This document shows, one piece after another, positions 37,920-50,832 of a stretch of DNA of 64,000 bases (position 1 is the first letter of the stretch; each line of letters begins with the position of its first letter). Position numbers and translations under genes: made by a program. This DNA is from Sphagnum compactum. Its lineage: Eukaryota. Where the stretch lies: positions 11,646,213 through 11,710,212 of the forward strand of contig OZ234493.1 in assembly GCA_965153455.1 (NCBI GenBank). Direction: 5' to 3'. The notes below the pieces were generated by a model. That model saw nothing but the letters and a program-made list of their open reading frames with translations. It did no database searches and had not been told where the DNA came from.

Positions 37920-40900
37920 TGTTAACCTGTTACTTCTTGTTGTCTAAATATCATGGCTATAGACATTTATCTTACCTCTTATTCATTTATTATGCCTTGC
38001 TCTCACCTCTGGCAATGCTTGATTTATTATTGTCCCATATCATTTCCCCCCTCACCCCCACAACTTTGATCATGGTTTAAATCCGGTCTTCAAATCCGAT
38101 TGACCCCCAAAAAATTTCCTCCAACTTTAGCCTCACACCTTACTCCTAACATAATCAATCCAAAAAGCTTACAATGTTCTATTTCCCAACTCACACACCT
38201 AATCCCACTCCACTCTTTTGTGTTGCAATGGATATTGTTTCCATCTTTTGGTGCAAATTCACCCAACACGATTTATTTCAACATTGATGTCCATGTTAAC
38301 CATTACAAACTATTATCCCAAATATTTCAACTTTTACTTCCACCTCCACTATTTCCCCTCTTATAACAACTTGGGATTGGATCTCCAATCTTGACATCTT
38401 AGGGGACTTTTGCCATGTTTATATTCCCACATCGTCATTGCTTTAGATTGAGAAGTACACAAAGCTCTATAGCTCCCCTTGGACAAAACCCCTCCAACAT
38501 AACATGGAATTTGTTCTTATCTTTATTTGCTACCCCCTTGAACAGGTTCAATAGGGGATAAGAAAACCCTAGTTCAGCTCAATCATTTTTTAATAATTTT
38601 TTTGAAATGTTTGTACATTGATCATTTTAGTCATTCACATGCCTTAACAACAACCTCCAACTCATAATCATTTGGATAACATAATTTGCCCTCCCCCACC
38701 CGCCCCCCATAAATGCCTCCATCTAGTTTTGCTTTTAGCTACACATGGATTTTTTAAAATTTCTTGAAGATTTTCATCCTGAGCAAGAGCTTGAACTTTC
38801 TTTTGAATTTATTAAGGTGCGATTGAACCATTTGTTTGGTAACGGCCCTTCAAGCATGGTTTTCAAACACTTTCAAGATTGTTTCCACCTAGAATATTCA
38901 GCAAATGGTTTCTTATAGTTATTTAAATTACATTTTCACATCAGTCAAAACCACATTCCCCATCGAATCGCATGTGTTTTGGGAGCATCACCTCTATTGA
39001 CAATGCCCAAACTTTTTGGTGATGTATGACCTATTGCAATAGGAAAAACATTGTATTGTTTGACTAACCGCACATTAGGCCTTCAATTTTCACGGCATTT
39101 TTTCAATGAATCTTTTTCATCACCAATTTGGATTTGCTATCAAAGGAGGTTGCAAATTTGTGGTCCATGGCAATAGGTGTGCCATTAACCTCCACCTTGA
39201 CTAAATTGTTTTGCAAATCAACATTGCCAATATGTTCAATTTTTTGTTCAAACAAATGATGTTCCAAAATAAAAAGGTGAATTGCTCAACTTTTTTTTTT
39301 GTTTTTTTTCCCACACTTTTGAATCCCCTTTATATTTCACCCATTGCAACCAAAAAGGTGATGTCACCAACATCCCATTAGCCATAGGCACTCGCCAAGG
39401 TGATCTTTTAAGGGGTGCATTGTTTGCCATTGTCGATTTTTGACTGTTATGAACAACAACTACTCGTTTTCACCACCATAGTAAATGACACTCGTATTCT
39501 AAGCCCTTCAACAAAGGTCACCCTAACTTTTGATTTTTTAGCCTCCCAACTTGATGCCATAGGTTGTTTAATGCAATTGGACAAATGTGTGGCTTGGTCC
39601 CCATTTAATTTCCCTATTGAATTAAAAATCTCATTTTCATTTACCATTCCTTAAAAGGGATAAAAATTTGGCCACTAATAGGGTCATCCTCATTCATTTC
39701 ATCTTTCACTCGATCTTTTTTACTAAAAAAATTATACATGTAGATTTACTTCCTAGGCTAGGTGATACTCAAATAACCTATGAGATATTCACATGGTGTT
39801 TTGTTCAGCGTCCTTCATACCTCCTCCCTATGTACATTCAATTCCTTACTTCTCTTCCCATCTTTTGACCTTTCCTTGGTTTAAATGTTTGAACATCTTA
39901 TAGGCCCAAGGTCTTTTGAAAATCCCCAAGGGGCATTGGGTTGTTGCCAATTTTCTTTCCCCATTTCATTAAGGGGTGTTGGCTTCATATCATTAACTTA
40001 TGATGTTCTAGCTACATTTTTAAATAATTGGGACCTTGTCATTTCCACCCTTGCTTCGAAATTTTTGCTCAACTAACACCATTTCCTTCTTGAGGCCTTG
40101 GCCCATATAGGCTATGGTGATCTGTTAGTAGCTTGTGACTTTTTGCTTACTTTGGCTCAAACATGTTTTCCCCCTTTTGAGCAATTTGTTGGTAAACAAT
40201 TTTAACATCTACAAGGTTTTTTCATGTTTGAGCTTAGGAGTAGGTGCATGGTTAAAAATTCAACCAACCATCCTCATATTTCACCTACCACTAGCAATTT
40301 TTGCCACCGCCTTTTGAATTTAGCTAGGGTTCCCACATTTGTCAATGGCAAGTTTTTTATATTGCATGTGTACAGAACCAATTGATTCATTAGGCATCCA
40401 ACTTTTGAAATGAACACATGATAGTGAACATATGAGGATACATACATGATGTAGTGTGTGATGTCATTACATCCATTTTTGAGGAACCAATTTTAGATAA
40501 TACATGAACTTCATATGTTCCTTTCCTTCACACAATAGATTTCTCATCAATGTGTTGGCATAATCTTATCCAAATATTGGGTTCACATTTTAGTTGATGT
40601 TGTCATCACATATCCCACATGTGCTAACCTTTTATTTTAGATGACTTCAAGATTAGGCTTTGGAGCTTCAAAAAACACAAATAAAGGAAAGGAATTAGAA
40701 ATGCTAACATAAAGGGGACCAATTCATGGCCTTACTTTTTTATTGTTTACATAAACAAGTTAATTGTTTTTTACATGTTTATGTGCACAAATGGGGGATG
40801 AAAGGTTTAAAAGGTTTATTTGTTTTGGTATTAATAATCTTTCCTTTGACAACAAGTTTTAATTACATTATAATAAATGGAGGCCATTTGCATCCTAAGT

Positions 40901-40935
40901 TGAATTGTGGTAATGGGGTTGGTCACATTTGAATT
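37920..40935 (+). mobile_element. Degenerate CRE-like non-LTR retrotransposon, copy 1 (RT, zinc knuckle, restriction-like endonuclease)
   Basis: AMPKLFGDV*PIAIGKTL, HQFGFAIKGGC, LQINIANMFN, GTRQGDLLRGALFA, IVNDTRILSP, PISLRGVG, CMCTEPIDSLGIQLLK..H, and VGIILSKYWVHILVDVVITYPT. Many stops. Confidence 0.8.
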
Positions 40936-41176
40936 AGTGATGAAACTAGTTAGGATTTTTTTTAATTAAATTTTTATCATGGTACCAACATAGGTGTTGG
41001 GTCATCCATGGCGTATCATAGTTGTTGGGGTTGAGTCCTGACAAACAATAAATGGTAAAAATTCATAATAATGGTAGACTATGAACAACAAAGTTGAGAG
41101 AAAAGAACATAACCTTTGTACTTTATTAATTAGTCCATATGGGAACCAAACACCCCCCATCCCCCACCACATCCCT

Positions 41177-42117
41177 TGATGCACCCCCAAATTCCTTGAA
41201 AGATTCAAATGCGAGCCCCAAAATGAAAACAACAAAAGAAGGAGTTTGGTTTTTTTTGGAGAATGGCACCGTTGCGGGGCACGTTTCTTCATTTATAACA
41301 TTTTGGGGGTAAAAGGGGCATGCTAGAATTCTGGGATGGGGACTAAAAAGAATGACAAGCGTGTCAATTATTCATATCAATCTTCACAAACCAAACAACA
41401 AGTTGGTTAATGCATAATTGTAACACTTTTGGTGCACAAATGAATCATGAGCATACACGGACTCACAAGATTCACCACAGCCCGAATTTGGGGGAAGCCA
41501 CCACTTTCCCCCTAATAATATTCTCTGTGGCTCGCCATGAGGGTTACACCTAAATGTCATTTTTTAGGACTCCCAAGTTGGGAGTCCCAAAATTCCCAAA
41601 ATTGGAACTCTTGCCACTTTGGACGCCCATAATTTCTTTTGAAGACCTTAGATTGAAAAAATGTCTAAATAAAAGTTGTAACTCTTATCAAGAGCTTTCC
41701 AATGATATGTGACATGCCTCTTGCACAACATAACTCAAGGCGATTTTTGACTTTTAATGATTAGGAGTCAAATTGACACTTTGACTCCCGACCCTTCTTT
41801 CGGCCATAACTTGTGTCATAAGTACTAAAATGGATAATGCAAGCTCAATTTAGACATCTATGTCTTAAGAGCTTTCCAATAATATAAGGAAGTTTTCAAT
41901 CCAATGAGTTTTGACCCCTCAAACCATTCTTTGAATATTTGGGAGTCCATTGAGACTCCAATTCCCAAAGTGGGAATGCACTTGGGAGTGTGTGGATTCA
42001 TTCCCTCACACTCTCCCGCATTCCCGAGAATGTGAATGTGACCCCTAGGTTGCATTCTTGGCCTGCACCTTTCCATGCCCTTGCCTTGGTCACGAGCCCA
42101 AGGCTAAGATCGTGACA
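41177..42117 (-). mobile_element. Solo LTR (941 bp) related to the 26564-27349 LTR, in the opposite orientation
   Basis: TGATGC...GTGACA termini. Flanks TCCCT and TCCTT (4/5 TSD match). Shares reverse-complement blocks such as GGGGGAAGCCACCAC..TCCCCC and GACTCCCGACCCTTCTTTCGGCCATAACTTGTG with the first LTR. Confidence 0.75.
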
Positions 42118-42119
42118 TC

Positions 42120-43995
42120 CTTTCTTGTTGAACCCCATGCCTTGTGTTAACAAATTGGTCTAGATATCATTGCTATAGACTTTCACCTTACTTTTTATTC
42201 TTTTGTTTTGCCCTTGCTTTCACATTTTTATTCTCCTATTTTGCCCTTGTTTTCACCTTTGGCAGTTAACAATTTTGTTGTTTGGTTTGCCTTTTATCAT
42301 TGTCCCATATCAACTCCACCCCCCACCACTTTGAGCTTGGCTTCCCCCACCATGTGATGCATCTTCAAATTCGATTGATCCCCCAAATTTTCTTCCAAAT
42401 TTAGCTTCACACCTTATTCCTACCATAGTTAATTTAGAAAACTTATAATGTTTTATTTCCTAACCCACACACTTAATCCCGCGTTATTATTATTTGTTGC
42501 AATGAGTACCCTTTCCATCTTGTGAATGTGAATTCAACTAATGAGGTCTATGTCAACATCAATGTTCATGTTAACCATTACAAATTGGTATCCCTAATAT
42601 TCCAACTTCCATTTCAACCGTCATTCTTTCCCTTCTCATAACAACTTGGGATTAAATCTCTAATCTTGACATCTTAAGGGCCTTCCACCTAGGCTTTTCA
42701 TGGCCATACTTATATTCCCACAATCCCTTTGCTTTATGAAGAAATACAAAAAGTTTTATGACTCCCCTTAGACAAGACCCCTTCAACATAACATGGCATT
42801 TGTTCTTACTATTTTGTCGATGGTGTTTTGTGCTACCGTCCCCTTGAGGAGGTTTGATAGGGAATAAGGAAACCCAAGTTTGGTTCAATAATTTTGAAAC
42901 AAGAAATCCAAAATATTTGTAAGATGATCATTTTAGCCATGCACATGCGTTAACAACAACTTTTACCTCATAGTCATTTGGACAACATGACTTGCCCCCA
43001 CCCCCATAAATGCCTCCATTGTAATTTTGTTGTTGGATGCACAAGTCAATATTATTGAGTAACCCAAACATTAGCCACATTCTCCCATGGCCCTTTCATC
43101 TGACACCATTTTAGCCTTCATTGCCTTTCATCCCCCTTCCAACAAGGATTTTCTTTTATTTCTTGAAGATTTTTAGCCTAAGGAAAGCTTTGAAATTCCT
43201 TTTGAATCATTTAGGGTGACATTTAACCATATACTTCATTTGTTTACTATAATGGATTTCAAACATTTTCAAGATTGTTTTCCACTTAAAAGATTTAGTA
43301 AGTGGTTTATTACAACTATTTCAATTCTATTCTCACATAACTTGAAATTGTATTCCCATCAAATTCCTTGTGTTTTGGGAATGTCACATCTATTGGCAAT
43401 GGCCAAACCTTCTGGTGATGTATGACCTAGTGCAATAGGAGAAACATTATATTGCTTCACTAGCCACACATTGTGCCTCCAATTTTGAAACATTTTTCCA
43501 TCATGTATATTCCTTCACTAATTCGGAATCGCCACCAAAGGAGGCTGCAAATTTGTGGTCCATGGCATTGAGTGTGCCATTGATCTCCACCCTAAATGGG
43601 TTGTTTTACAAGTCGATATTGCCAATATGTTCAATTATTTTTCCAAGTGAGTGATGTTCCAAGAATTAAGAGAAGGAGGTGAAATTAACCAACTTATTGT
43701 TTTTGTTAATTATTTTCACACTTTTGAATTCCCTTTATATTTCAAGCACTATAATCAGGAATGTGATGTCATCCACATCCTATTAGCCATGGGCACTCAC
43801 CAAGGTGATCATTTAAGGGGTGCATTGTTTGCCATTGCTGATTTTTGAGCACTACGAACAACAACAAATTGTTTCTCATTTTTTTCTTTTCCCCACCATA
43901 TCAAATAATACCCATATACTAAGCCCTTCAATGGAGGTCACCCAACTTTTGGGTTTTTAGCTTCCGAACTTGAAGGCATAGGTTATCTAGTGCAA
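42120..43995 (+). mobile_element. Degenerate CRE-like retrotransposon, copy 2 (5' part through the RT)
   Basis: Collinear with copy 1 (for example 42301 vs 38031). LLAMAKPSGDV*PSAIGETL, LQVDIANMFN and MGTHQGDHLRGALFAIADF. Confidence 0.8.
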
Positions 43996-44269
43996 GTATT
44001 TTTTTTAAAAAACATCCTAATTAGCCTCATTGTTGGTTGAGAAAATAATTAGTCATATCAATTATGCACATTATTCTAACTAGCCTCAATACTCATTGAG
44101 AACATAGTCATATGCCTATGGTTGCAAGAAAGTCAAATGTGGAAATGGGCAAGGATCAAAAAGTGGAGGAAATCAAGATGTCACAAACCCCATCATCACA
44201 ACTCAACTTATGATGGAAATGGCTTACATCTTTTATAATGTAATTGAAACTCATTGTCAAAAGAAAGGT

Positions 44270-45029
44270 TGTTAGGATTAAATGTGGTAGACCCTTCGAG
44301 CTTTTCATTCCCCAAATGTTGTTTACATAAACACATAAAACCCATCAGCTTGTTTATGTAAATAATTGAATTTTTTTATTTTAAAGGCATGAATTGGTCC
44401 CTTGGGTGTTAATCTTTGTAAATTTTTTCTTTTGTTTGTTCATCACCTTTGAAGCTCCAAAACTTAGTGTTGAAATTGTTAGAAGTAGAAAGTCAGCATG
44501 TGTGTGATATGCGATAACAACATCAATTATGGTGTGAACCTCGTATTTGGATAGGATTATGTCAACAAAAAGGTTTGTTGTGCAAATGAAAGGACCATGT
44601 GAAATTGTTCACATACCATCTAAAATCCAACTTTTCAAACAATGGATGCAATGACATCATGCACCACACCATGCATGTGTCCATGTATGTTCACTACCAT
44701 GTGCACATTTCAAAAGTTGAATGCCAAATGAGTCAATTGGTTGTGTACACACACAACAAAGAAGGCTTGCCATTAACAAATGTGAGAGCCTTAATAAAAT
44801 TCAAAGGATAGTGGCAAAAATTGCTAATGGTAGGCAAAATATGAGGATGGTCAGTCGAGCTTTGAGTCATGAAACTTGAACAATGAAAAGAGGTGGGTTC
44901 AATGAATTTCAAACACCTTTTCAAAAAGAATGTTGATGCACACATTTTAAAAATGGAAAGGGAATGTCGATGCACATTTCAAAATGGAATCTCGGAAGTG
45001 TTGAAATGATTTACCAATGAATTGTTTGA
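44270..45029 (-). mobile_element. CRE-like 3' segment (zinc knuckle and endonuclease) in inverted orientation
   Basis: The reverse complement matches ~40150-40800 of copy 1 (CCATCCTCATATTT..CCTACCA.TAGCAATTTTTGCCAC; CAACTTTTGAAATG..CACATG.TAGTGAACATA). Confidence 0.75.
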
Positions 45030-45269
45030 ATGGAAACTCAAATATTTCACCATGCAAAAGTATAAATCTTCAAAACATTCTCTAAAAGAAACCAAAATCC
45101 TTCAAGGTATTATAACTCTATAACTAATCTCAAGCCAAAATATCATCTTAAAAAAAAAATCCTCAGATAAAAATAGACCTATTACCTAGGGGCCAAAATC
45201 CCTTAAACTAGTATACTCTATAATGGATCTAAATGCAATATCCTTGCCTGGAAGGCGAGGCCCAAAAAA
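45030..45269 (-). mobile_element. ~330-bp interspersed element, copy D (3'-truncated)
   Basis: Reverse complement reads TTTTTTGGGCCTCGCCTTCCAGGCAAGGATATTGCATTTAGATCCATTATAGAGTATACTAG.. and follows the shared core. Confidence 0.75.
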
Positions 45270-46940
45270 GCTTGGGCCCCCCTGAGTGCATACTGCCTCA
45301 CCTCATTGGCTGCAAGATTTTTTTTTGCCTACATGTGTTCTTTGTTGTCTTTGGCCTAAGTTAGTGGCAGGGGCATGAACTATGGGTGTGTACTCTACCC
45401 TAGGGTTATTTTCATCACTAAATAATCTTTAAAATATCGAAACAAACTTTCCATTAAAAATATGACAATATCATAGCAGATCATGAAAAAATAATAATTT
45501 CAAATTTGTAAGAACCAACTAAAATTTGAAATAAATAAATAAATAACTCATTTTGACCATGTGGAGACTGACCCTAGGCTACAATATTTTGGAGGTAGGA
45601 TTTTTTCACTTTTTAGAAATAGTGACAGGCTGGCTGGTACCTTCCACTGGTCAGAAGATCCCAATACAGCCTAGCTGAAACCTTTCACCGCAGACGATCC
45701 TGCTTGCTTGCTGGAAACATGTTTCTTCAGGCAGGTAAGGGAGCTGAAAATACAAAGGAAAAATCCAGGCAGTGCTTTACGGTTCTCAAACCGTCTCACC
45801 GGAACGGGACTCGGAAAATTACACTGTGTAACATGCCCTCCAATTACAACGAATTTTGTTTGTGGATCAGGTTATTACTCCTTAGAACCATGCTGACAGG
45901 GCTAGTAACAGGGCTGACTGGGCTGATGCATCAACTCTAGATACCTAGCTACCTAGTTCAGGCCTACGGGCATCGCTGACTTGACACCGTTCATTTACTT
46001 ACTTTACCTGAAAATAAAATTTACCCCCCCCCCCCCCCAAAATTCAAGTCCGCAAAACACGGCCTCGAAAGCCACGATCCCTTTTTCTTTCTTTCGTCAC
46101 TTCCTATGCGGTTTTCTTTCTTGTTTTTCTTTTCTTCTGGCTAAATCTAGCCCGTTGGCTTTTTTGTTTTGTTTTTCAAAATGGCTAATAATATGTGTTG
46201 TTTTTTGGGGTTTTCTACTCGCCAAATATCGACAATTTCAAAAAACCGCCAGATTTCTCTATTGGGTTGTAGCATGTACCAGTGTTTTTGTCTTTTTCTT
46301 TCCTTCCATTTTTTGATGTCAAATTTAACCCCAAAAAATAGAGAAAATATTCGAATTTACACTAGAAAGAAAATTTAAAATTTCCAAAAAAATTTAAAAA
46401 ATCACCAGAACAAAAGAGGATTGGCATGTGACAAAAGAATGTGAAGGACGCTTAAACGTTTTTTTCAAACTTTCATACCCTGCTTATAGACAAATTTGGC
46501 TAAACTTTTTTATGGATGATCGCCACTTCAGCCTACATCACATAAATGGCCAAAAAAGAATCCCATTGCGAGCCAAGGCAGTAAAGTAATTTACTACCTA
46601 CTCCTGCAGCACCCGCCCGCGGTAAGTAGTAAGTACCGTCCTTCATTATAATTACTGTTCTCCTGCTGAGATTCCCACTTCTGTTCGCAGTGCTCCTGCC
46701 TGCCTGCCTGCCTGCGCGCCTGCGAGCCACTTCCTTCAGGGAGCTTCTTCCTTGACGGACTTTCCCTTGCTTGCTGTTACTGCCATTTGCTGTTGCTTGT
46801 GCCGCATTCTGTACTGCTCCCTTTGTTGTTCTTGTTCGTCCGTTTTTTTTTCTTTTCCTTCCGCTTTTTTCCAGTGTTTTTTCGGTTTTTTGGGTTAGTT
46901 TTTCCAGCAAGAAGTCGGGGAAGAACACGGTGTGAGTAAT

Positions 46941-49073
46941 ATGGCGGTTGCGGTGGCCGATAGCTTGTACATCACCATGGCCGCGTGTCATTGCAGTCTG
47001 AGCACCAACAATGTGGCGTCGTGGTGCAGCATTAGTGGCATTTCGGGAAGTAAATTGCGGTTTCCTTGTGTCAGCTCTGTTAGGCCTGGCATTTGTCAAT
47101 CTTCTGCTGGTGGTCATGGCAGCAGAGGAGGAGGAGGTGTGGAGTCGATCATTGCGATGACTGCCACGATTCCGCAGAAGTTCAGGTGCGCGGGGTTTCG
47201 GATGACTGTGTAGGTTTTGGCTTTTTTTGGTTTTATGAAGCTTCGATTTTCTTGGAGAGGGGACGCTGCTGCGTTTTTATGTCTCATTTGCTGCTGGTCC
47301 TGGATCGGTCGGCATGGCGATGAAAATGCGTTCCGGGGAGTTGTATATCGGATGTGTTTGCGCAATGTATGCCTTAAGAACATGTTGCACAATGTATGCC
47401 TTAAGAAAATTTTGCGCAATGTTTTCAATTGATGAAGCCGTAGCCGGCAATTGCACCGCTTTACATGCATGGTCAACTGGTCCGACAATTTTGCTGATCT
47501 TGTTTTCTGATGAGAATCAAAGCCTCAGTCATAGATATAAATGAGAAAAACCTGCTAAATCTAGTGATTTATTTTGCTTTTTTTTCCCCCCCCTCACTTT
47601 CTTTCTTGTGTTTTCTTGTTTTTCTTTTTCCTTTTTTTCCTTTCTTTTTTTGGTGTAGTATATGTGAACCTAAGAGTATGCTGCTTGATCATGCAACAGA
47701 TTGGCCAGAAGATCTGACCTGAAGAGCTCATCAGAACAGGAGAAGCTGCATCCCAGGGTCATGCACTCTCTCCATCCTGAGAAAGTGGAATTGTTCAAGT
47801 CACTGGAAGGCTGGGCAGAAAGCATCCTGCTACCTCTTCTGAAGCCGGTTGACAAATGCTGGCAGCCTCAGGACCATCTACCGGAGCCATCATCTGAGGG
47901 TTTTTTTGATGAGGTGAAAGAGCTACGGGCAAGAGCTGCATGCCTACCGGATGAGTACCTTGTCTGCTTGGTAGGGGATATGATCACAGAGGAAGCCCTT
48001 CCTACCTATCAAACCATGCTCAACACCTTGGATGGCACCAGGGATGAGACCGGTGCCAGCTCCTCTCCCTGGGGCGTTTGGACTCGCACCTGGACTGCAG
48101 AGGAGAACCGGCATGGTGATCTGCTGAACAAATATCTATACCTGACTGGACGTGTCGACATGAGGCAGATTGAGAAGACCATTCAATACCTGATTGGATC
48201 TGGCATGGTATGTAACTACAGCCATTCCAAATGCATTATTGTCAAACTTCCTTGCAAACTGTGATTTGTTTTTGAGTAGCGCTGAAGCAAAGGAATGACC
48301 TACCAAGCAATTCACCAAGAATAGGTAAGGTTTATCAAATGAAAGGATGATCCCTGAGTGGTCTTTAGCTTCTGTCTCACTGGGATTTGCTGAAGACTCA
48401 TTGCATTGCCACATGCAGTGAAAATACTACCTACCCGACTGTCCCAGTATAGGCATCCAGAATTTATTAAGATTTTGAGCTGAGGTTTTTGTCCCAATGG
48501 CTGCAGGACCCCCAAACAGAGAACAACCCCTACCTGGGGTTTGTTTATACTTCATTTCAGGAACGAGCAACATTTATTTCACATGGAAACACTGCTCGGC
48601 ACGCCAAGCAATATGGTGATGGGAAGTTGGCCACGGTCTGCGGGTTGATTGCAGCAGATGAGAAGCGACATGAGAATGCATACACCAAGATTGTGGAGAA
48701 ACTTTTTGAGCTTGACCCTGATGGTGCCATGCTGGCCTTTGCAGACATGATGAGGAAGAAGATTTCAATGCCTGCTCACTTGATGTATGATGGACAGGAT
48801 GAGCATCTCTTTGACAATTTCTCACTTGTTGCCCAGAGGATTGGGGTTTACACTGCTAAGGACTATGCTGACATTATGGAGCATTTGGTAGCCAAATGGA
48901 ATGTGGCTAATATTCAAGGCCTTTCGAGTGAGGGGCGTAAGGCGCAAGATTACCTGTGTTCACTGCCTGTTCGCATTCGGAGGCTTGAAGAGCGTGCACA
49001 ATCCAAGGTGAAGAAGGGTCCAAAGACTGGGAGTTTCAGCTGGATCTTTAACAGAGAAGTTGCTCTTCTGTGA
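46941..49073 (+). CDS. SAD: Plastidial stearoyl-[acyl-carrier-protein] 9-desaturase, ~439 aa. Exons: 46941-47185, 47700-48207, 48507-49073
   Basis: [36 protein letters not shown], di-iron motifs [10 protein letters not shown] and [26 protein letters not shown] and FSWIFNREV. Ser/Ala-rich transit-like exon 1. Phases are consistent (1320 nt). The start could instead be ATG 46977. Confidence 0.95.
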
Positions 49074-50720
49074 GCCAGGAGATGATATATTTAGCTCATC
49101 TTCCTTAGAATACTCCCCATCCAGTGAATCATTTGACCAATTTTTTTCAACTCACAGGGATGATATCCAAGCGTTCTGTGCACTAGTTCAGTTGTTTTTC
49201 CATGGTCTGAATGTGGAACAACAAAGCTATTGTTTGAATGGCTGCAAGTGGCTGCTGTCGGAAACAGACAGATACAACCGACAGTTATGGTTAGGTTTGC
49301 TCCTTCCAGTCGACATATCTCCGAGTTAGTCTGTGTTCAGAGCAATCTTCACAGGATGATATCATTTTGTTGTATTCAGAGAGGAAGTGCAAGCTGACAG
49401 TGTGGTTAAAATTTGTACAGAATCAATTGACTTGTTGGACTCTGATGGTGGGTTTTTGATGGTTCAAAATTTTGAAGATCAGTGGACTTGTGAAGTAATG
49501 TTTCTTAACCAAGGATCACGGTCCAGGATACAGGTGCTATACGCTGAATCTCTGCTTTTTGACTTCTGTGCCAGAGTGTGTCACAGTTATTACACACATT
49601 TTTCATGGAAATGGAAGTTTCTCTCATAATGCAAAAATTTCAATGACATAGAAGGCAGGAGTATCTTAGACTGACCTTGATTACAGGTAAAGTGAAGCTC
49701 AGATTGCATCACCAAGCTACTTGCAGCAGCTTTGTAAAGAAACAGAAATAACCAAATCATATTTTCTTTCTGCTCCTTCCATTTTGTACATGATACTAGT
49801 GATCTGCAAAAAGCTCTAGAATGGTGCACACCAGTGATGTAAGTTCTGGGTATTTTTCTGCAAATGCTTATGTGTGAGATTTAGGAGTCGGGAACTTCAG
49901 CTATGATCAGATCAGACAATGGGTATGACTTTCACATTCTTGACTGCACAGAGGAAGAAAAACATGTCTTACAAAGAGTACCTTATGAAAGCTTACATAG
50001 ATGAATGAGAATTTGTTGACAACAATGTTTCTCAGTCTAGCTATGATTGGCAAAGAAATGGCAGGAGTACCACAAGAAAGCTTTTTGTTTGAAAATGTTG
50101 TGTTTCTGGTAAAGTGAGAAGAAGCAACGTGAAAATCCAAATTAAGAAAAATGGCTCAATAGAATCCATTTTGCACTAGAGAAAAACTTAGTTGAATCCT
50201 AAACAGTGTATTGTAAATAGTATAGAGTGAGGTATTCATTAAATGTCATCACATGGGCTGATCATTGCGACTACTGGCTTATAATATCTCTTTCTTGGCC
50301 TTTTAAAGAGAGCACTATATCTTGTGCATATTTACATTCATATTTTGCAACAGAACATGAGGCTACACTGCCCAAATTCATCCAAAAGTTGAGTTGATTT
50401 AAGAACCTAAACATTCAAAAACACAAATTTTTGGAAAAGCATGCTTTGTCCAGCGTGGGGCAGTTCTCCAATTTTTTAGACAACCTCGAGTCTGATTTTT
50501 TTGAAAATTTTGGAAATTAAATAACCTCTGGTTCCAGTTTTTTTTGAACATTTTCAGAGGAAAAAAAACACCTGTGGTTCTGATTATTTTGAAAAGTTTC
50601 AGAATCAAAGATCTTCAGCTTCCAATTTCTTTCAAACTGTCTCAAAGAAGACCCCATGGTTTTCATGAAATAACTGGCAAAGAACGAGCAGTTTTGTAGA
50701 AGGTTTATTTGATCAGTTCT

Positions 50721-50832
50721 TGGATATCTTGAGAAGATTGATTATATATAAGAATCGGTTCTCAGATTTTTTTGAGTGGATATCTTGAGAAGATTGATTA
50801 TATATAAGAATCGGTTCTCAGATTTTTTTGAG
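50721..50832. repeat. Perfect 56-bp tandem duplication
   Basis: TGGATATCTTGAGAAGATTGATTATATATAAGAATCGGTTCTCAGATTTTTTTGAG x2. Confidence 0.9.

Noticed and set aside
46533-47117. 194-aa minus-strand ORF
   Set aside because: Antisense shadow of the SAD 5' UTR and exon 1, with low complexity.
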